Source: a virus. Taken from it: a DNA stretch of 64,000 bases. Below, in pieces: positions 1 through 9,722 of the stretch. The DNA lies in the IMG/VR virus record IMGVR_UViG_3300009159_000033. One strand, 5' to 3'. A program made the position numbers and the translations under genes. How positions within the stretch are numbered: the stretch's first letter is position 1; each line of letters begins with the position of its first letter. The notes beneath the pieces were generated by a model. The model did not search any database, had not been told where the DNA came from, and saw only the letters and a list, made by a program, of their open reading frames with translations.

Positions 1-1
1 T

Positions 2-1201
2 GGAATAAACGCAGCAAGTGCAAATACCGCTTCTTATGTAGTTCAAAGAGATGCTTCTGGTAACTTTTCTGCTGGCACTATCACCGCAGCGTTAACAGGG
101 AACGCATCAACTGCAACTAGTCTTGCTAGTGGTGGTGCTGGTCAAGTTCCTTACAACACAGCATCTGGTGCAACTAGTTTTCTTGCTGCTGGAACAGCTG
201 GGCAAGTACTACAATCAAACGCAACATCTGCTCCTACATGGTCAAGTAGAGTAAACTACACCGCTGGTACATCCGCCCCTACAAGCCCAGTTGCTGGGGA
301 TCAATGGTACGATACCAATACTGGAGCTTTGTTAGTTTATGTAAATGATGGAAACACTTCGCAGTGGGTTGAAGCAAGTAACCCTAGCGTTGGTGCTGCT
401 TCTATTCAATCAAATGGAAGGCTTACCTTAGAGTCTGGTGTTCCTGTTTCATCAACCGATCAGACAGCTAAAACAACTGTTTATTACACTCCATACAATG
501 GAAACTTTCTTAGCCTTTATAACGGAACAAGCTGGAATGCTTATAGCTTTGCTGAGTTATCCATAACCACTTCTGGATTATCTGCTAACGCCAACTACGA
601 TATATTTGCCTATGTAAGCGGATCAACAGTTACGCTAGAGTACAGTTCAGCGTGGACTAATGACACTACTAGAGCTAATGCTTTATCCTTGCTTAATGGT
701 GTTTATGTTAAGAGCAGCGATAATACTAGAAGATACTTAGGAACAATAAGAAGCAACGCTTCCGCACAATTTACAGACTCGCAAGCAAATAGGCTGGTTT
801 GGAATTTTAATAATAGAATTTTAAGAGCAATGAGCCAAGTTATGTATTCGGGATCACACACCTATAACGGAGGCTCAAGAGAATGGAATGGTGGTACTGG
901 TGTTACAAGACTGTATTTTATGACAGGAATTAATGGTGAGACATTTACTGCTAGTGGCATGTTTGCGGTTACAGGTACACTTAATATACCAGGAAACTGT
1001 AATTACGCTGTTGATTCAACAATAAACAGTTTTGGTATGGGCACTGCTGATGATCGTGCTGCAGTATTTACAAGAAGACCTATGACTGTAATGGGTACAC
1101 TTAATGCTGGATTTCATTACCTTACCGCAACTCAAAGCACAGAGTCGTCTGGAACCGTTACATTTTTAGATGTATTTGGCGGTGGTATGCTTTTATGCTA
1201 A
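2..1201 (+). CDS. tail fibre-like protein, 5'-partial (frame is open from the window start)
   Basis: The frame of ORF 329..1201 continues upstream to base 2 (GINAASANTASYVVQRDASGNFSAGTITAA, a common phage fibre repeat). It is Ser/Thr/Gly/Asn rich and carries a GRLTLESGVPV...YYTPYNG domain shared with the next gene. Confidence 0.7.
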   Translation, partial: GINAASANTASYVVQRDASGNFSAGTITAALTGNASTATSLASGGAGQVPYNTASGATSFLAAGTAGQVLQSNATSAPTWSSRVNYTAGTSAPTSPVAGDQWYDTNTGALLVYVNDGNTSQWVEASNPSVGAASIQSNGRLTLESGVPVSSTDQTAKTTVYYTPYNGNFLSLYNGTSWNAYSFAELSITTSGLSANANYDIFAYVSGSTVTLEYSSAWTNDTTRANALSLLNGVYVKSSDNTRRYLGTIRSNASAQFTDSQANRLVWNFNNRILRAMSQVMYSGSHTYNGGSREWNGGTGVTRLYFMTGINGETFTASGMFAVTGTLNIPGNCNYAVDSTINSFGMGTADDRAAVFTRRPMTVMGTLNAGFHYLTATQSTESSGTVTFLDVFGGGMLLC

Positions 1202-1210
1202 AGGAACTTT

Positions 1211-2101
1211 ATGCCAATTGACTTTCCAGCATCACCTACAACAAACCAAATCTACTCCTACAACAATAGGGCATGGACATGGAACGGGTCTGCATGGCTA
1301 TCTGCCCAACCATCTAACTCTTTTGGAAACATATTCTCATCAGGAAGGTTAACAGTAAGTTCTGGTGTTCCTGTTCCAACAACAGACATAAGCACTAGCA
1401 CCATTTACTACACACCTTACAACGGTAATGTAATAAGTCTTTATGACGGCACAAGCTGGGCTGCCTACACTTTTACAGAAAGAACATTAGCACTAGGCAC
1501 TTTAGTATCTGGTAAAAACTACGATGTGTTTATGTACAACAACGCAGGAACTCTTACTCTAGAGTCTCTGGTGTGGACTTCGGATACTGCAAGAGCTACC
1601 GCACTAGTATTAACAGATGGTGTTTACCTAAAGACTGGTGCCTTAACTAGAAGATACTTAGGTACTTTTAGAACTACTTCAACTACTACTACAGCAGACA
1701 GCGTTAACAACAGACTTGTTTGGAATGTTAACAATCAAGTAGAGCGTGTAGTTGTACAGAACACTTATAATACTTACGCTTACACCGGACACACTTATAC
1801 TACAGCAGCATGGAGAGCATGGAACAATGATGCAAATATGAAAATAGGTTATGTAGTTGGGCTAGACCGTGGCATATCCGTTGGATTTGGTTGTGCTTCA
1901 AGCGGTTCGGCAACTAGCCAAGCTGCCGCATGGGATGGCGCTACTCCAGGTTATGATACATTAGACCTTGCTAGTAGAGCCGGAAGAACTTACTCGACTA
2001 GAGGTTCAGTTTTAGGGTATCATTATGTACAAATGTGGGAATATGGGCAGGCTTCTTCTAATTACATTCAAGGTATTTTAGAAGGTACTTTTTGGTGTTA
2101 A
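1211..2101 (+). CDS. tail fibre / receptor-binding-like protein, paralog of the upstream gene
   Basis: N-terminal MPIDFPASP...WTWNGSAW module typical of phage fibres; GRLTVSSGVPV...YYTPYNG...RRYLGT aligns with the upstream gene; RBS aaggaac. Confidence 0.65.
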   Translation: MPIDFPASPTTNQIYSYNNRAWTWNGSAWLSAQPSNSFGNIFSSGRLTVSSGVPVPTTDISTSTIYYTPYNGNVISLYDGTSWAAYTFTERTLALGTLVSGKNYDVFMYNNAGTLTLESLVWTSDTARATALVLTDGVYLKTGALTRRYLGTFRTTSTTTTADSVNNRLVWNVNNQVERVVVQNTYNTYAYTGHTYTTAAWRAWNNDANMKIGYVVGLDRGISVGFGCASSGSATSQAAAWDGATPGYDTLDLASRAGRTYSTRGSVLGYHYVQMWEYGQASSNYIQGILEGTFWC

Positions 2102-2123
2102 GTTACTTTAGAAAGGAATCACA

Positions 2124-2621
2124 ATGTTAATTGTATTACACGAAAAGATTAACTCTATTGTCCCCATACAAGGTATCTCCGACAATGGAGACGGAACCTA
2201 CAGGGTTGACTATGTGTCTGAGCCTACGGAAGAACAGTTAGTTCTAGTAAACAAAGCTATTGAAGACTTTCCTTTATCTTTAGCAAAAGAAGCTAAGTTA
2301 AAGCAGATAGAGGCTGAGTGGACAGCCGTAGAAAAAACTGGATGGGACTCAGGCCAAGGTTATCACTTAGGTATCACTCCTTCTGATGTTGCCCTTATTG
2401 TAGGTGTATTTTCTTTAGCCAGAGAGGCGGTAGCAGTCGGGCTACCTTTACCAGGATTAATCAGCTTAGAAGGAAACTCAGTTGAATTTGAATCTATACA
2501 AGATATGACTGTACTACTTCTGCACTATGGTAAGGCTAGATCTGATATGTCTAAAGATTTTGCTGCTAGACGCAAGGCTGTTGAAGCTGCTACTATGATT
2601 GAAGAGATACCAGTAACTTAA
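2124..2621 (+). CDS. tail fibre assembly-like protein (DUF4376-like)
   Basis: Follows the fibre genes; LAKEAKLKQI...RRKAVEAATMIEEI pattern resembles DUF4376-type fibre chaperones. Confidence 0.5.
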   Translation: MLIVLHEKINSIVPIQGISDNGDGTYRVDYVSEPTEEQLVLVNKAIEDFPLSLAKEAKLKQIEAEWTAVEKTGWDSGQGYHLGITPSDVALIVGVFSLAREAVAVGLPLPGLISLEGNSVEFESIQDMTVLLLHYGKARSDMSKDFAARRKAVEAATMIEEIPVT

Positions 2622-2633
2622 GAAAGAACAAGT

Positions 2634-2975
2634 ATGATACCTTTCAAAACTCGAGTGGCAGTCCAGCTCAGTGTAGATGACCCGCACGATTTAGAACCTA
2701 TCAAACAAGCTTACTGCGTACTCGTTGAAGTTCATATGAACTTTGAACTTGAAGCTATGGTTGCTGTGTTTAAGTGCTGGAAGAGTGAACAAGCATTCCT
2801 GTCTGACCGCAAAGCATTTCATACCATTCAAGTACCTTTCCCTCCCGAAGAAGGGGGCAAGGTATTCTTTGAAAAGTGGGGAACAGATGAAGCAAGCGTA
2901 AAGCTAAGCGAACATTTGCGAAACCACTGTCTGCGTCATTCAGCCCTAGCAAAAGCAAAGGTCGTAAGTGAGTAA
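2634..2975 (+). CDS. hypothetical protein
   Basis: 113 aa ORF in operon, overlapping the next start. Confidence 0.6.
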   Translation: MIPFKTRVAVQLSVDDPHDLEPIKQAYCVLVEVHMNFELEAMVAVFKCWKSEQAFLSDRKAFHTIQVPFPPEEGGKVFFEKWGTDEASVKLSEHLRNHCLRHSALAKAKVVSE

Positions 2976-4929
2976 GACTCAGCTTGTTATCAAGCACAAA
3001 TGGGCACTAGGCGATACAGTGCTGCTAACTGCACTCGTTCGTGATATTCAGCTAGCCTACCCTAATCAGTATCAAATCGTAGTAAACACCAACTGGAGTA
3101 ATGTTTGGTGGAACAACCCCCATGTTGTGCGGTCTGACGCAGCTGCATCAAGTCAAGCAAAGCATGTAGAGGTAAGCTGGGGAGATGCTATTCGCTGGAA
3201 CTCCTATGCCAAATATGATGACCGCCGTGAGATGAAACATATCCTAGCTTGGTATCACTATGACTTTGAACGCAAAACCGGCATTCATGTCCCAGTGACG
3301 AAACCTCGCCCAGACCTACACATGTCGGAACAAGAGTTAAATTCCAGAATTGAAGGACGCTACTGGGTTATCTTATCTGGAGGTAAACTAGACCTAACTG
3401 CTAAGCACTGGCATGCTCATCGAGCACAAGAGGTGGTAGATAAGTTATTAGCAAAAGGTATTCATTGCGTACAAGCTGGGGCAACCCACACCAACCACAT
3501 ACATCCGCCATTGCAGAACACTACAAACATGCTTGGTAAAACTGAGAATGTAAGAGATTTATGGAATATCATTCGCTATGCTGATGGTGTGATTTGTGGG
3601 GTAACTGGTGCAATGCATATTGCAGCAGCTTTTGAAAGACCCTGTGTGGTTTACGCAGGCGGGCGAGAAGACCCTTGGTTTGAAGCCTATGTAAATGCTT
3701 TCCAAGCTTTTGGGCCAACTGCTGAACCTGTGAAAGTAGAACACAAGTTTTTACACACTATTGGATTACTAGAATGCTGTGCGAATCAAGGGTGCTGGAA
3801 GAACAGAACAGTAGCATTAGACCCACAGGATCTAACACGCAAAGCACACACGCTCTGTCGGCAGCCACTTCGCACCGCTCCTCATCCGGTACCGAAATGC
3901 CAAGACTTAATTTCATCGGATCATGTAGTAGAGGCAGTTATGGACTATTACGATAAGTCGGTATTACCCCCTATTAAAATTGTGGATAACCCTGCTCCAA
4001 CTGTAAGCATAGTACGAGTGCAAGAGGGTAACCCCATAACAACAGAAATGCCTATAAAGATTGTGCGAGAGCCCTCCACCCCTATCAAGGAACAGAAACC
4101 TTTTCAAAAGGTTCATCCACTAGAACTAACAAGTGTAGGAGTGGGGCAGATACAACGGCAGTTGCCTCTCATGGATAACCCAATAATCGGGGGTAGGATT
4201 ACTATCTGTGTCCTTTGCTATGGTCCGCATCCACAGCTCGCCAAGACTTGCCTATCCAGCATTCTAGCCACCATTCCGCCCGAACGATTAGACTTGCGCA
4301 TTGGGCTTAATGAAGTGCACCCCGATACTTTTGCTTACGTGAAAACATTACCGGTTACAAAGATCTACGCAAACAGTCTTAACCGCTATAAGTATCCTGT
4401 CATGCGAGATATGTTCTGGGATGAGCAAAGACCTATTACCACGAACTATGTAGTATGGTTTGACGATGATACTTGGGTAGTTAATCCAAACTGGATCAAT
4501 GATCTATGCCAGACCATCATAGATAATCATCCTAAAAATTATCGTATGTTTGGTTCTTTATTGTACCATGATTTAACAATGTATGCTAAAAATGGCAACG
4601 ACCCATCTATTTGGTTTAAGACTGCTGACTGGTACCAAGGTCGTAATTTTCGCATGCGTGGCAGTCAGAAAGAGCAAGCAAATGGAAGTGTAATAGACTT
4701 TGCAACAGGATGGTGCTGGGCTGCAGCTACGGAAGCTATTCGTAAAGCGAACATCCCAGATGTAAGGCTTGGGCATAATGGTGGCGATATCGCATGCGGA
4801 GAAGCAATGCACCAAGCTGGCTTTGGTATTAAGCAATGGAATATGGGCAAAGCATTAGTAGCTTGCCCAAGTAAAGTTGATGGCGGACGAAGAGGTTATT
4901 CTGAAAAATTCCCATGGGCAAGCGAGTAA
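2968..4929 (+). CDS. two-domain glycosyltransferase: GT9 (heptosyltransferase-like, GT-B) fused to a GT-A-like domain
   Basis: N-terminal ALGDTVLLTALVRDI, ADGVICGVTGAMHIAAAFERPCVV (GT9 pattern); C-terminal ITICVLCYG...VVWFDDDTW (DxD-type GT-A). Confidence 0.75.
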   Translation: MSKTQLVIKHKWALGDTVLLTALVRDIQLAYPNQYQIVVNTNWSNVWWNNPHVVRSDAAASSQAKHVEVSWGDAIRWNSYAKYDDRREMKHILAWYHYDFERKTGIHVPVTKPRPDLHMSEQELNSRIEGRYWVILSGGKLDLTAKHWHAHRAQEVVDKLLAKGIHCVQAGATHTNHIHPPLQNTTNMLGKTENVRDLWNIIRYADGVICGVTGAMHIAAAFERPCVVYAGGREDPWFEAYVNAFQAFGPTAEPVKVEHKFLHTIGLLECCANQGCWKNRTVALDPQDLTRKAHTLCRQPLRTAPHPVPKCQDLISSDHVVEAVMDYYDKSVLPPIKIVDNPAPTVSIVRVQEGNPITTEMPIKIVREPSTPIKEQKPFQKVHPLELTSVGVGQIQRQLPLMDNPIIGGRITICVLCYGPHPQLAKTCLSSILATIPPERLDLRIGLNEVHPDTFAYVKTLPVTKIYANSLNRYKYPVMRDMFWDEQRPITTNYVVWFDDDTWVVNPNWINDLCQTIIDNHPKNYRMFGSLLYHDLTMYAKNGNDPSIWFKTADWYQGRNFRMRGSQKEQANGSVIDFATGWCWAAATEAIRKANIPDVRLGHNGGDIACGEAMHQAGFGIKQWNMGKALVACPSKVDGGRRGYSEKFPWASE

Positions 4930-4933
4930 TAAA

Positions 4934-6043
4934 ATGAAGAAGATTGGCTTATGCATGATTGTTAAAGACGAGAGCAAAGTAATTAAAAGGTGTCTTGATA
5001 GCGTCAAGCCACTGATAGACTATGTCTGTATTGTGGACACTGGTTCAACCGATAACACGATTGAGCTAATCTTATCTTGGCTTAATGAAAATAACATACT
5101 AGGTAAGGTAATCACAGAACCTTGGAAAGATTTTGCACACAACCGCACCTCCGCACTTGCACACATCCGTAAGCAAGTTGACATGGACTATGTATTGATG
5201 ATCGATGCAGACGAAACCTTGGTGTACGATATTGACTTTGATGCCGATAAGTTTAAACAAACTATGGACAAAGATCTTTACATGATTAAGTGTCATCACG
5301 ATAACATCGTGTTTGATCGTCTATCTATTACAAAGAATGAAAAACCTTTTATATACAAAGGTGTCTTGCACGAGTATGTAGATTGCGAAGAACCAATAGA
5401 AACTAGAGCTGTGTTACTTGGTGTTCGCAACACCACACCACACGATGGGGCAAGAAGCCAAATCAATAAGTTTGAGAATGATGTGGCTATCTTTGAGAAT
5501 GCTCTTCTGACTGAAACAGATCCATTCTTAATAGCAAGGTATACATTCTATCTCGCACAGTCATTCCGAGATCTTAATCAAGATGCCAAAGCATTAAAGT
5601 TTTATCTTGAAAGATCGACAAAGGGTTTCTGGTCTGAAGAAGTCTTTATGTCTCTTTTAAACGCAGCAAGATTGAAAGAAAAATTAAAGTACAAGGATGA
5701 GGATATTATTCAAAGCTACATGCAAGCACATGAGGTAGCCCCCCATAGGATTGAAGCCTTACATGGAGCAGCAAAGTTTTGTCGCACAAGCTCAAAATAC
5801 CATCAAGCTTACATCCTTGGTAAATGGGGACAAAGCCTTCCAGTGCAAAAAGATGGGTTGTTTGTGGAAGCTTGGATCTGGGACTATGGTATAGACGATG
5901 AAGTTAGCGTAAGTGCTTACTGGTCGGGACACTACGAAGATGGGGCAAAAATTTCTAAAGAACTTTTAAAAAAGATACCAGAGAAACATTTGGACAGAAT
6001 TAAACAAAATCTTATCTATTTTGAAGGTAAACTCAAATGCTGA
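4934..6043 (+). CDS. glycosyltransferase family 2 with TPR-like C-terminus
   Basis: KIGLCMIVKDESKVIKRCLDSV, DTGSTD, MIDADE, KGVLHE, RYTFYLAQS; start moved to ATG 4934. Confidence 0.85.
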   Translation: MKKIGLCMIVKDESKVIKRCLDSVKPLIDYVCIVDTGSTDNTIELILSWLNENNILGKVITEPWKDFAHNRTSALAHIRKQVDMDYVLMIDADETLVYDIDFDADKFKQTMDKDLYMIKCHHDNIVFDRLSITKNEKPFIYKGVLHEYVDCEEPIETRAVLLGVRNTTPHDGARSQINKFENDVAIFENALLTETDPFLIARYTFYLAQSFRDLNQDAKALKFYLERSTKGFWSEEVFMSLLNAARLKEKLKYKDEDIIQSYMQAHEVAPHRIEALHGAAKFCRTSSKYHQAYILGKWGQSLPVQKDGLFVEAWIWDYGIDDEVSVSAYWSGHYEDGAKISKELLKKIPEKHLDRIKQNLIYFEGKLKC

Positions 6044-6360
6044 TTTTTGACCACAATATAATGCATACATTGTGGCAAGATCCTCTATTCTGGGAATGCG
6101 TACCCTGCCTTGAAAACTACCGAGAAGAAGCAGAGCAAGTGGCTGTACAAGCAAATATTGTGCAAAGTAGTCTAAAAGTAAAACAGAGTTTATTGTATAC
6201 TCAATGGCTACAACTGCTGCAAGAATGGGTAACAGAGCAGCCAGACAAGGTAGGACAGCTAGTAGCCTACATTCAACAGAAACGACAGCATTGTATGGAA
6301 GACATTACGCTACCGCTTATGCTGGGGCAGAAAGCTCAAGTGTTTCTTTTTAGGAAGTAA
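6037..6360 (+). CDS. hypothetical protein
   Basis: 107 aa ORF overlapping the previous stop. Confidence 0.6.
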   Translation: MLIFDHNIMHTLWQDPLFWECVPCLENYREEAEQVAVQANIVQSSLKVKQSLLYTQWLQLLQEWVTEQPDKVGQLVAYIQQKRQHCMEDITLPLMLGQKAQVFLFRK

Positions 6361-6364
6361 TTAC

Positions 6365-7351
6365 ATGACTCGACGCATATGCCTTACACGATCTGCAACC
6401 ACCGCTACTTCATACACAAATTATGGGACCTACCGCTTACGAGTAGATGTCACTGCGGTAACCGGACCCGATATAGACGCTAATGTTTTTGTGTACCGCC
6501 GTAACCCGCCTAGTCCTTACACTACGCTATCCACGGACATATTTGAAGCTGTAGCTGGACCCCAACAGATTGCCGGTGTTCCTGCAGGAGCTCCAAATCC
6601 GGATTTGAACTGGCCTTACTATCGCCTAGATTACATTGAATTAGATGTAGCCTCCACAGCTCAAGCAGACAGTATTTGGGAAGAGATTCAAGCACAGGTA
6701 CAAGAGCTGCTCGGTGCGATGGAGCGACTAGAGCAACTACAAGTGGTTCAAACTGTGTGGCTTCCTTCTACACCTCCATGTATTACCGGCTGGGAACTTA
6801 CAAACTTTACCGGTACAACATTTAGGAATGGCAATCCTATTCCTCAAATTACAGATCAGGCAGCTTGGAATGCTGCCACAGGCCCAGGCTGGTGTTATTA
6901 TAATAATGACCCTTTGAACAATGATATTTACGGCAAACTTTACAATTGGTTTGCTGTGACTGATGCTAGGGGATTAGCTCCAGTGGGCTTCCATGTGCCG
7001 ACTCTAGCAGAATGGGTAACTTTAATCACATGCCTAGGTGGCACAGATACAGGCGGTGGCATATGGTTTGTTGCAGGGGCCAAGATGAAGACGACAGGCA
7101 CGCTTGCAAATAATGATGGGTTGTGGAATTCTCCTAATGTTGCAACAAATGAAAGTGGTTTCTCTGGAGTACCAGCTGGCTGCAGAACAGGTAGCTTTAT
7201 TAATCTTAATGCAAGAGGCAGCTTCTGGGTTTACGATCAAACTACATGTGTTAATCTTAACAATGGTGCTTCTACTGTTTACATCGGTGGCGATAGTTCA
7301 ACAGTTGGATATTCTGTACGATTAAAACAAGGTGCTCCACCTACCCCATAA
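6365..7351 (+). CDS. virion-type protein with C-terminal Fibrobacter succinogenes major paralogous (FISUMP) domain
   Basis: TFRNGNPIPQ, YGKLYNWFAV, LAPVGFHVPTLAEW, NESGFSGVPAG, GYSVR are FISUMP hallmarks. Confidence 0.75.
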   Translation: MTRRICLTRSATTATSYTNYGTYRLRVDVTAVTGPDIDANVFVYRRNPPSPYTTLSTDIFEAVAGPQQIAGVPAGAPNPDLNWPYYRLDYIELDVASTAQADSIWEEIQAQVQELLGAMERLEQLQVVQTVWLPSTPPCITGWELTNFTGTTFRNGNPIPQITDQAAWNAATGPGWCYYNNDPLNNDIYGKLYNWFAVTDARGLAPVGFHVPTLAEWVTLITCLGGTDTGGGIWFVAGAKMKTTGTLANNDGLWNSPNVATNESGFSGVPAGCRTGSFINLNARGSFWVYDQTTCVNLNNGASTVYIGGDSSTVGYSVRLKQGAPPTP

Positions 7352-7380
7352 GAATCTATTAACTACAAGGAAGACAAGCC

Positions 7381-7686
7381 ATGGCCGAACTAAACAAACT
7401 GTTAATCCTAGAAGAATCCGTACTGCTAGGTATGATTGGCAATCCTAGCTTCGTGCAAGAGTTTCCTTTCTTGGCAGGTTCCGAGAGTACTATAAAAGCT
7501 AAGTCATCGGGATGTGGGCGATGCAGCCAGAAAGCTGGAAGAAGGATTCAAGCAATCAATGGCATTAAGCAATCGATTGTCTCCATGAGTATTGAGAAGA
7601 AACAGAAGCTTAAACAAATGGTAAACGCAGACAAAGTCCGTGTATTAATCTCCGCTGGCGGTAAGGTTACAGCCTACACTTTTTAG
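7381..7686 (+). CDS. hypothetical protein with CxxC
   Basis: 101 aa ORF, GCGRC, RBS aaggaag. Confidence 0.6.
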   Translation: MAELNKLLILEESVLLGMIGNPSFVQEFPFLAGSESTIKAKSSGCGRCSQKAGRRIQAINGIKQSIVSMSIEKKQKLKQMVNADKVRVLISAGGKVTAYTF

Positions 7687-7697
7687 CCTAAATAATA

Positions 7698-7724
7698 GGC
7701 AATTCGGTGTCATTATTATATGAG
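7698..7724 (+). promoter_or_regulatory. putative phage promoter, copy 1 of GGCAATTCGGTGTCATTATTATATGAG
   Basis: 27 bp identical to 9117..9143; both intergenic, preceded by TAAATAA, with a TATTAT -10-like hexamer. Confidence 0.55.
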
Positions 7725-7814
7725 AGCGATTAGCTCTTGAACCCTTTCTTTACTTGCTAGTGCTAGCAAGAGTTAGGAGTTCTGTTTCTAGGTATCTAGT
7801 AGGGAGACTTTGCA

Positions 7815-8480
7815 GTGAATATTATACAATCTAAGTTGACGGCCTACATCAATCCAACGTCGGACGGTGAGGGACGAGAGTACTCAGTTCCTGTAAAGGG
7901 GACTAGATATTCGACAGGTTGCACAAACCTCCGTGACATTCGTCACGGAAAAGACCAGCTAGACAAGGCTGCGGCCTTGTTTTGTGGGAACAACTTCTGG
8001 GCCACCCGAGTGGCACAGTTGATGGGGCAAGGGTGTCCGGTGTCTCACATCCAAAAAATGGCTGCGGAGGGTCGTGCCGCTTACGAGGCGGATCAAAAGA
8101 GGGCCGAAGAAAGGTCAGACCTTAAACGAAACATCTTTGAAAAGTATGGCGGCTGGAAAAAGTCGTACTTGGCTAACACGGCCAAGTGGCGTGAGATGAT
8201 CGAGGAATTTAGGGAAAACCATTTCTTGGAAGAGGCCGAAAAGCAAGAGCTCTGCCTAGCTCGTGAACTGTCGGATTGCTACGGCCCAGAGGGAGAAAGA
8301 CCCTCAAAGTTTCGGTTGGTAGACGTAAATCCGTATTACTACAACTGTGGGCATTACCCCACGTTTGTAGTGAGGGCCGTTGAAAGCGGCGGATTTGAAA
8401 CATACGAAGAGGCAGAAGCTGCTGCTTCAGTGGCTAATGAAAAAAGCCACAGAAGCTGGATACAGTTTCTGAATGGCTAA
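7815..8480 (+). CDS. hypothetical protein
   Basis: 221 aa ORF, GTG start after RBS agggag. Confidence 0.65.
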   Translation: MNIIQSKLTAYINPTSDGEGREYSVPVKGTRYSTGCTNLRDIRHGKDQLDKAAALFCGNNFWATRVAQLMGQGCPVSHIQKMAAEGRAAYEADQKRAEERSDLKRNIFEKYGGWKKSYLANTAKWREMIEEFRENHFLEEAEKQELCLARELSDCYGPEGERPSKFRLVDVNPYYYNCGHYPTFVVRAVESGGFETYEEAEAAASVANEKSHRSWIQFLNG

Positions 8481-8587
8481 ACCCCGTCCTGAGCCGACGT
8501 TAAAGGGCTCATTGTTATTATTACCCGCCCTCGCTTACCAACTAATGGTAAGTGAGGGTTTTCTTTTTTTAACTATTGGAGAATAAC

Positions 8588-8890
8588 GTGACTAAAGTAG
8601 CACTGGGTTACCATACCCTATACGGGCAAGGGAGCTATCAAAAAGATATTTTTACTCTCCTCTTTGATGATGGCAGCATTAGTGAAGTGCGGGAGGAGCC
8701 TAATGGCATACCTTGTGTATGCCATTATTTGTTTCTTGACCAGCTGGGGGTGGGGGCACGAGACTTGGTAGCGGGAAGCCGCGCCATAATTGTTGGTGAA
8801 GACCGGTGGGAAAAAGAACAAGTTGAGGCACTAAACAAACTTGAAAAAGTTTGGAAAGCTCAACGCAGATTTACAGCTACCCCAGCCTAA
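8588..8890 (+). CDS. hypothetical protein
   Basis: ORF 8576..8890; GTG at 8588 follows RBS ggag. Confidence 0.55.
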   Translation: MTKVALGYHTLYGQGSYQKDIFTLLFDDGSISEVREEPNGIPCVCHYLFLDQLGVGARDLVAGSRAIIVGEDRWEKEQVEALNKLEKVWKAQRRFTATPA

Positions 8891-8912
8891 GCCGACATCA
8901 AAGGAGGTATTA

Positions 8913-9062
8913 ATGGAAAATGTGATAGTTCAAAAATCCTTGTTTTCCGTCATCCGGCGGACAAGGTATCACTTCACAAAAGAACCAAGGTGGGAGACTC
9001 TTATCCCAGCCTTAGTTCTTTTAGTTTCAATCTTAGTTGCTTGTGCCTATTACAAGGCATAA
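8913..9062 (+). CDS. small membrane protein (C-terminal TM helix ending CAYYKA)
   Basis: ATG 8913 after aaggagg; LIPALVLLVSILVACAYYKA. Confidence 0.65.
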   Translation: MENVIVQKSLFSVIRRTRYHFTKEPRWETLIPALVLLVSILVACAYYKA

Positions 9063-9116
9063 GCAGCTAGTCCTAAGCAGGACATTAAAAGGCTTGCAGC
9101 CCTCAGCTAAATAAAT

Positions 9117-9143
9117 GGCAATTCGGTGTCATTATTATATGAG
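9117..9143 (+). promoter_or_regulatory. putative phage promoter, copy 2
   Basis: Identical to 7698..7724. Confidence 0.55.
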
Positions 9144-9220
9144 GGCAACCTTAACTATTGACCCTCGTTTACCCGCTACTGGTAAACGAGGGTTTTCTTT
9201 TAACCAAGTAGCATGGAGGA

Positions 9221-9424
9221 TTGACCATTAACGATCTACAAGTTTTTCATAGGTTAGCCGAGGGAAAGCTCACTGCTATGGAGATGTCAGCTATTCACGA
9301 CATACTCAAAAATTATGAGCCACCGGAAAGATCTTTTGCAGCTAAAGCAAAGGACATAGCAAGTGATTTACTCATATTGGCAATATCAGTATGTGCAGTC
9401 ACTTGCGCATACTACTACAAGTAA
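9221..9424 (+). CDS. small membrane protein (C-terminal TM helix ending CAYYYK), related to 8913..9062
   Basis: TTG start after ggagga; LLILAISVCAVTCAYYYK. Confidence 0.65.
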   Translation: MTINDLQVFHRLAEGKLTAMEMSAIHDILKNYEPPERSFAAKAKDIASDLLILAISVCAVTCAYYYK

Positions 9425-9539
9425 ACCATGTCCTAAGCAAGACATTAAAAGGCTTAATGATATTGTTACCCTCGTTTGCCAGCTACAGCAAGCGAGGGTT
9501 TTTTATTCGTAGTAGGTAATCGAGTAAGGAGATATCAAC

Positions 9540-9722
9540 ATGGACGATTATGAGTCGCCCGATGATGATCAGGATCACCAAGAATTTATCGCAGGGTTGG
9601 ATATCAACAACCCTGCGATAACAGAAGTTAGCAGGTGCAATTCCTGCAAAGAGGTATGGACTGGGACATACCTCGTGGAAGGCGAGTTTTATCCTCGTGC
9701 TAATTGCTGCGGGATGAACTAA
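9540..9722 (+). CDS. small Cys-containing hypothetical protein
   Basis: RBS aaggag; acidic N-terminus, CNSC...CC. Confidence 0.6.
   Translation: MDDYESPDDDQDHQEFIAGLDINNPAITEVSRCNSCKEVWTGTYLVEGEFYPRANCCGMN

Noticed and set aside
6365-7351. FISUMP domain as a DGR target
   Set aside because: No template repeat or RT was seen in the window.
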